Shown here one piece after another: positions 59,686-64,000 of a stretch of DNA of 64,000 nt. Source of the DNA: Myxococcota bacterium (GTDB lineage Bacteria; Myxococcota; XYA12-FULL-58-9; JALHOP01); the NCBI GenBank assembly GCA_041288095.1, contig JBGGMJ010000010.1:1-64000 (forward strand), read 5' to 3'. The notes below the pieces were generated by a model that was not told where the DNA came from, ran no database searches, and was given only the letters and a program-made list of their open reading frames with translations. A program made the translations under genes and the position numbers. Positions within the stretch are counted from its first letter, which is position 1. Each line of letters starts with the position of its first letter.

Positions 59686-60156
59686 ATGGCTGGTGGTGGC
59701 GGTGGAGATGGTGAATACGACGTCAATATCAACTTGACGGCGCTCCTCGACATTCTCACCAACCTGCTCTTCTTCTTGATGGTCGGCTTCATGTCGTCGA
59801 AGGCTTCGATGGAGCTCGACGGCGGTATGGAGCTGCCGACCTCGACGGCTCAGCTCGAGCCCAAGAAAGCCGTGCAGGTGACCGTGGCGCGCAAAGAGCT
59901 GCGCGTCGAGAAGGAAGTCATCGCGCAGCTGCGTGACGGCAAAGTGGTCGCCGCCAAGTCGCAAGAGGGCAAGATCGACCCGCTCCTGCAGCGCTTGCAG
60001 ATCATCCGCAAAGAAAAGAACGCCACGGGTCCCGAGGCCGACATCCTCTTCGTGCTTTGCGACAAAGACACCCCCTACGGATTACTGCGCCGCGTCATGA
60101 TGACAGCAGCGGAAGCCGGCTATCCCAAGTTCCGTATGGCCGTGCTTATGCAGTAG
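59686..60156 (+). CDS. ExbD/TolR family protein (AglS-like)
   Basis: INLTALLDILTNLL; DKDTPYGLLRRVMMTAAEAGY. Confidence 0.92.
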   Translation: MAGGGGGDGEYDVNINLTALLDILTNLLFFLMVGFMSSKASMELDGGMELPTSTAQLEPKKAVQVTVARKELRVEKEVIAQLRDGKVVAAKSQEGKIDPLLQRLQIIRKEKNATGPEADILFVLCDKDTPYGLLRRVMMTAAEAGYPKFRMAVLMQ

Positions 60157-60167
60157 GGTTCCGATAG

Positions 60168-60185
60168 CCCGCCACCTGAGGCGGG
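60168..60185. repeat. degenerate REP-like hairpin after the motor cluster
   Basis: CCCGCC-ACCTGA-GGCGGG; core matches the 49566 repeat at 15/16. Confidence 0.55.
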
Positions 60186-60207
60186 ACAGTGCTGGGGGAG
60201 TACATCG

Positions 60208-60912
60208 ATGTCTGACGCCGACCGGGCGGCGCGCGCAGAAGAGCTGCTCGCGCGCCGTGATGATTTGTATGCCCTGGTCTTCCATGACCTGCGCAACCCG
60301 CTGAACACCATCAGTATGTCGCTCGCGCTACTCGCCGACGACGTACCGCAGTCCGGCAAGGACACGATCGCTCGCATCAAGCGCGCGGTCGACAAGATGG
60401 AAAAGCTGATGCGTGACATCACCGAGCTGACGCGCCTCGAGGCCGGTCAGGTGAAGTTCGAGCCGGTATCGCTCGGAGTCGCCGACGTCTTGAAACACGC
60501 CTACGACCCTTTCGCGCAGCGCATCGCCGACCGCGCCATCAACCTCGAGTCCGGCGCCGTCGACCCGGCCCTGCGCTTCTCCATCGAGCGCGAGCGCTTC
60601 AATCAAGCGCTGTCCGCGATGATCGACAACGCCATCCGGCACGTGCCCGACGGCGGCACCGTGAAGCTCGACGTCGCCGAGCGCGGTGACCTCGTCGAGA
60701 TCTCGGTCCATGATAGTGGACCCGGCATTAGCGCCGAGGATCAGCAGACCGTCTTCACGCGGCACCACCGTGTCAACAAGAAGCGTGGGCACGGCCTCGG
60801 CCTGGGGCTCGCCATCGCCGCGCACATCGCCGAGCTGCACGGCGGCAGCGTCGGCGTGGCGAGTGAGGTCGGCAAGGGCTCGACCTTCTACCTGCGGGTG
60901 AAGAAGGCCTAG
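60208..60912 (+). CDS. histidine kinase (HisKA + HATPase, no sensor domain)
   Basis: FHDLRNPL H-box, DNAIRH, DSGPGI, GLGLGLAIA, GSTF. Confidence 0.92.
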   Translation: MSDADRAARAEELLARRDDLYALVFHDLRNPLNTISMSLALLADDVPQSGKDTIARIKRAVDKMEKLMRDITELTRLEAGQVKFEPVSLGVADVLKHAYDPFAQRIADRAINLESGAVDPALRFSIERERFNQALSAMIDNAIRHVPDGGTVKLDVAERGDLVEISVHDSGPGISAEDQQTVFTRHHRVNKKRGHGLGLGLAIAAHIAELHGGSVGVASEVGKGSTFYLRVKKA

Positions 60913-62237
60913 AGCGCCAGCAAGTTGGTCGCCGCCACCACGGTTGCCTGTACGCCGCGGCGGATGGCGACCTCGGCCACCGGCGCATAGCGCGCGGTGT
61001 GCCCCTGCGCGAGCGGTTTGCCTTCCTTGTGATACGCCTCGACCGCCTTCGGGTCGCTCGCGCCGACGAAGAAGAAGACCGCTGGAACGGACCTGTCCTC
61101 GAGACTGTAGCGAGAGAAGTCCTCGCCACCCATGCGCGCTTCCTTGATGGCGACGGCGCTTTCCCCCAGCTCGCTCTTCCACAGCGTCATGAGTCGCTCG
61201 GTGAGCTCGGGGTTGTTGTAGAGCGCCGGCGTGTTGTCGGTCTCGCTCACCTTGACGATGGGCATGCGGTCCCCGGGCACGCCGTTGGCGGCGGCGATAC
61301 CGTTGGCAATGCGGCTGATCCCCGCGAGCAGGACCTTGCGGACCTCCTCCTTGTACGAGCGTACCGTGAGCTGGAGCTTCACTTCGTCGGGGATGACGTT
61401 GCTCTTGGTGCCGCCGTGGATCGAGCCCACGGTGACGACCGCCGCCTCGCCGGGCGTGACCTCGCGCGAGACGATGGTTTGCAAGGCGACGACGAGCTCG
61501 CCCGCCATGACGATCGGATCCTTGACGAGGTTCGGATAGGCACCGTGGCCGCCGACGCCGCGCATGGTGACCTCGACCGTATCGACGTTCGCGAGCAAGA
61601 ACCCTGGGCGCGTCACCACGACGCCGGCCGCCGTTTCGCTATCGACGTGCAGGCCGATGGCGTAGTTGGGCTTGCCGAACTTCTCGTAGAGACCAGCGCT
61701 CAACATCGACTTGGCGCCGCTGCCGACTTCTTCGGCCGGCTGGGCGATGAGCACGAGCGTGCCGCGCCACTTGTCCTTGAGCTGCATCATCATCTCGGCG
61801 GTCCCGAGCATCGAGGTCATGTGCACGTCGTGACCGCACGCGTGCATCACGCCGGTCTCGACGCCGGCCGGGGTCTTCGTGCGCACCTTGCTGGCGAAGG
61901 GCAGGCCGGTCTCTTCGGTCACGGGCAACGCGTCCATGTCGGCGCGCACCAGGAGCGTCGGGCCGTTGCCGTTCTTGAAGACAGCCACCACGCCGTACGC
62001 GGGCTGCTTCGGATCGGCGTAGCGACCGAAGTTGGTCGTCACGGTGTAGCCGAGCGACTTGAGCTTGGACGCGAGCTTGGCGCTCGTCTTCTCTTCCTTC
62101 TCGGAGAGCTCGGGCGAGGCGTGCAGATCCTTGTAGGTCGCGAGCAGCGCCGGCAGCTTCGGCGTCAGCGCCTTGTCGACTTCGTTGGACGGCACACCGG
62201 CGGCAACCGCGACGTGGATAACGAGAGCTAGGATCAT
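60909..62237 (-). CDS. M20 family amidohydrolase, paralog 2
   Basis: HASPELS, RADMDALP, MHACGHD, QPAEE, GGHG, GEDF. Confidence 0.95.
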   Translation of the reverse strand: MILALVIHVAVAAGVPSNEVDKALTPKLPALLATYKDLHASPELSEKEEKTSAKLASKLKSLGYTVTTNFGRYADPKQPAYGVVAVFKNGNGPTLLVRADMDALPVTEETGLPFASKVRTKTPAGVETGVMHACGHDVHMTSMLGTAEMMMQLKDKWRGTLVLIAQPAEEVGSGAKSMLSAGLYEKFGKPNYAIGLHVDSETAAGVVVTRPGFLLANVDTVEVTMRGVGGHGAYPNLVKDPIVMAGELVVALQTIVSREVTPGEAAVVTVGSIHGGTKSNVIPDEVKLQLTVRSYKEEVRKVLLAGISRIANGIAAANGVPGDRMPIVKVSETDNTPALYNNPELTERLMTLWKSELGESAVAIKEARMGGEDFSRYSLEDRSVPAVFFFVGASDPKAVEAYHKEGKPLAQGHTARYAPVAEVAIRRGVQATVVAATNLLAL

Positions 62238-62258
62238 GCCGCGCTCGAAACCACAGGG

Positions 62259-63524
62259 TCAGCGGGCTTGCAAGAGAGCGGTCGCTGCCACCACGGTCGC
62301 TTGGACACCGCGCTTGATGACGACCTCGGCGACCGGCGCGAAACGGCTGCTGTGCTCGGAGGGTGCGGCTTTGCCGTGCTCCATGAGCTTGGGGTCCGTC
62401 GCCCCAACGAAGAAGAAGACCGCTGGAACGGAGTGGTCGGGCAAGCTGAAGCGGCCGAAGTCCTCGCCGGTCATGCGCGGCGCGCGCGGTTTGACGGTGC
62501 TCTCGCCAAGCTCGGCGATCCAGATGCGCGTCAGCCGCTCGGTGAGCTCCGGGTCGTTGTAGGTCGCGGGTGTGCCGCCTGGATGATTGGTGATGACCGG
62601 CATGCGGTCGGCGGGCACCCCATGGGCGGCCGCGACGCCATTGGCGATGCGAGCGATACCGTCGAGCAGGAGCTTCCTCGCGGCCTCACCATAGGAGCGT
62701 ACGGTGAGCTGAAGCTTCACTTCGTCGGGGATGATGTTGTGCTTGGTGCCGCCGTGAAACGAGCCGACGGTCACGACGCCGGGCTCGCCGGGGGAAAGCT
62801 CGCGCGAGACCAGCGTCTGGAGCGTCATCACCAGCTCGCTCGCCATGACGATCGGATCTTTGGCCATCTCCGGCGCCGCCCCATGGCCACCGACCCCACG
62901 CACGGTGATGTCGACACTGTCGACGTTGGCGAGGACGTACCCGGAGCGCGTGCTCACGACTCCCATGGGCGAGCCTGCATCGACGTGCAACGCGAGCGCG
63001 TAGGTCGGCTTGGCGAACTTCTCGTAGAGGCCCGCCGACAACATCGCCTTGGCGCCCTTGCCGACCTCTTCGGCTGACTGACCGATCAGCATCAAGGTTC
63101 CGCGCCAGCGATCCTTGAGCCGCGCCATCACCTCGGCGGTGCCGAGCAGCGACGTCATGTGTACGTCGTGTCCACACGCGTGCATGACTCCGCGTGTCGT
63201 GCTCGCGTACGTGAGGCCGGTGTCTTCGGTCACCGGCAACGCGTCCATATCGGCACGGACCAAGAGCGTGGGACCATCGCCGTTCTTCAGGATGGCGACG
63301 ACGCCGTGCAGGCCGACGCCCGTGGTCACCGCGTATCCGAGTGTCTTGAGCTTCGCGGCGAGCTTCGCGCTCGTTTGCGCTTCCTTCTCCGACAGCTCGG
63401 GATGGGCGTGGAGATCCTCGTAGGTCGCGACGAGACTCGCTAGCTTCGGCGAAAGAACTTTGTCGACCTCGGCGGTGGAGACACCAGCGGCAAGACTCAC
63501 GTGAACGGCCAACGCGACGAGCAT
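62259..63524 (-). CDS. M20 family amidohydrolase, paralog 1
   Basis: HAHPELS, RADMDALP, MHACGHD, QSAEE, GGHG, GEDF. Confidence 0.95.
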   Translation of the reverse strand: MLVALAVHVSLAAGVSTAEVDKVLSPKLASLVATYEDLHAHPELSEKEAQTSAKLAAKLKTLGYAVTTGVGLHGVVAILKNGDGPTLLVRADMDALPVTEDTGLTYASTTRGVMHACGHDVHMTSLLGTAEVMARLKDRWRGTLMLIGQSAEEVGKGAKAMLSAGLYEKFAKPTYALALHVDAGSPMGVVSTRSGYVLANVDSVDITVRGVGGHGAAPEMAKDPIVMASELVMTLQTLVSRELSPGEPGVVTVGSFHGGTKHNIIPDEVKLQLTVRSYGEAARKLLLDGIARIANGVAAAHGVPADRMPVITNHPGGTPATYNDPELTERLTRIWIAELGESTVKPRAPRMTGEDFGRFSLPDHSVPAVFFFVGATDPKLMEHGKAAPSEHSSRFAPVAEVVIKRGVQATVVAATALLQAR

Positions 63525-63644
63525 GGGGCGCCCGAGACCACGGTGGCGACGGCCCTGTCAAACGGCTCACGTTGCGCGCATGACACGGCGTCGGGAAACC
63601 CCTGCTGGAAGCGCACGATAACTGCGGCGTTCCAGGAGAGCTCC

Positions 63645-64000
63645 ATGCGTCACGTCACCGCAGTTGCCACGAACCCCGCGGCCGTCGCCAAGGCGGTCAG
63701 TGGCCCTATGTACGCTATAGAAGACCTGAGAATTCTGGCGGAGAAGCCCACCCCGGCCAATGGTTGGCAAACACATCCGCAGCTCGCTGGTCTCAGGTTC
63801 CTGCCCATCGCGACCCTCGGCGGTGGCGGCACGACGCTCTACATGCTGGCCCCAGGGGCGCGCGTTCCCGGTCACGAGCACGGCGTGGGTGGCGAGCATA
63901 CGCTGATGCTCGACGGCACCATCACCGCGGGCAACTTCACGTTGAAGGCTGGTGAAAGCGTGTTCCGCGGCGAAGGCACCATCGACGAGGCCGCGACCGC
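63645..64000 (+). CDS. cupin-domain protein (ChrR-like), truncated by window end
   Basis: AGGAGAG RBS; LAPGARVPGHEHGVGGEHTLMLDG cupin motif; frame open to the end. Confidence 0.75.
   Translation, partial: MRHVTAVATNPAAVAKAVSGPMYAIEDLRILAEKPTPANGWQTHPQLAGLRFLPIATLGGGGTTLYMLAPGARVPGHEHGVGGEHTLMLDGTITAGNFTLKAGESVFRGEGTIDEAAT

Overview
GC-rich bacterial chromosomal window, most likely from a Myxococcota-like organism. This is inferred from two AglRQS-like ExbB-ExbD-ExbD triads, a Cys-rich Kelch surface protein and a myxobacterial-type HNH gene. Recognisable genes include an MltD-like lytic transglycosylase, rsmB, a GH43 hydrolase, pnp and rpsO, an orphan MCP, pirin, glgX-glgB and treS-maltokinase, two Crp/Fnr regulators, prolyl oligopeptidase, two glycosyltransferases, egtB-egtD, slyD, recQ, a FUSC protein, a YegD-like Hsp70, a sensor-less histidine kinase and two tandem M20 amidohydrolases. 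No rRNA, tRNA or CRISPR array was seen. Best leads: (1) a membrane-targeted upstream ORF ending in the ribosome-arrest-type motif RGPP directly before the six-gene double ExbB/ExbD/ExbD motor cluster; (2) a transposase-free HNH gene bracketed by 35-bp inverted repeats with palindromic cores, sitting at the centre of a local G/C skew inversion; (3) an unlisted 43-aa peptide gene with its own repeat-rich regulatory region and terminator; (4) a 30-bp CTAG-ended REP-like repeat that supplies stop codons; (5) divergent genes whose start codons overlap in one CATG; (6) an in-frame TAA in one ExbD. All calls come from reading motifs by eye; no database searches were run.
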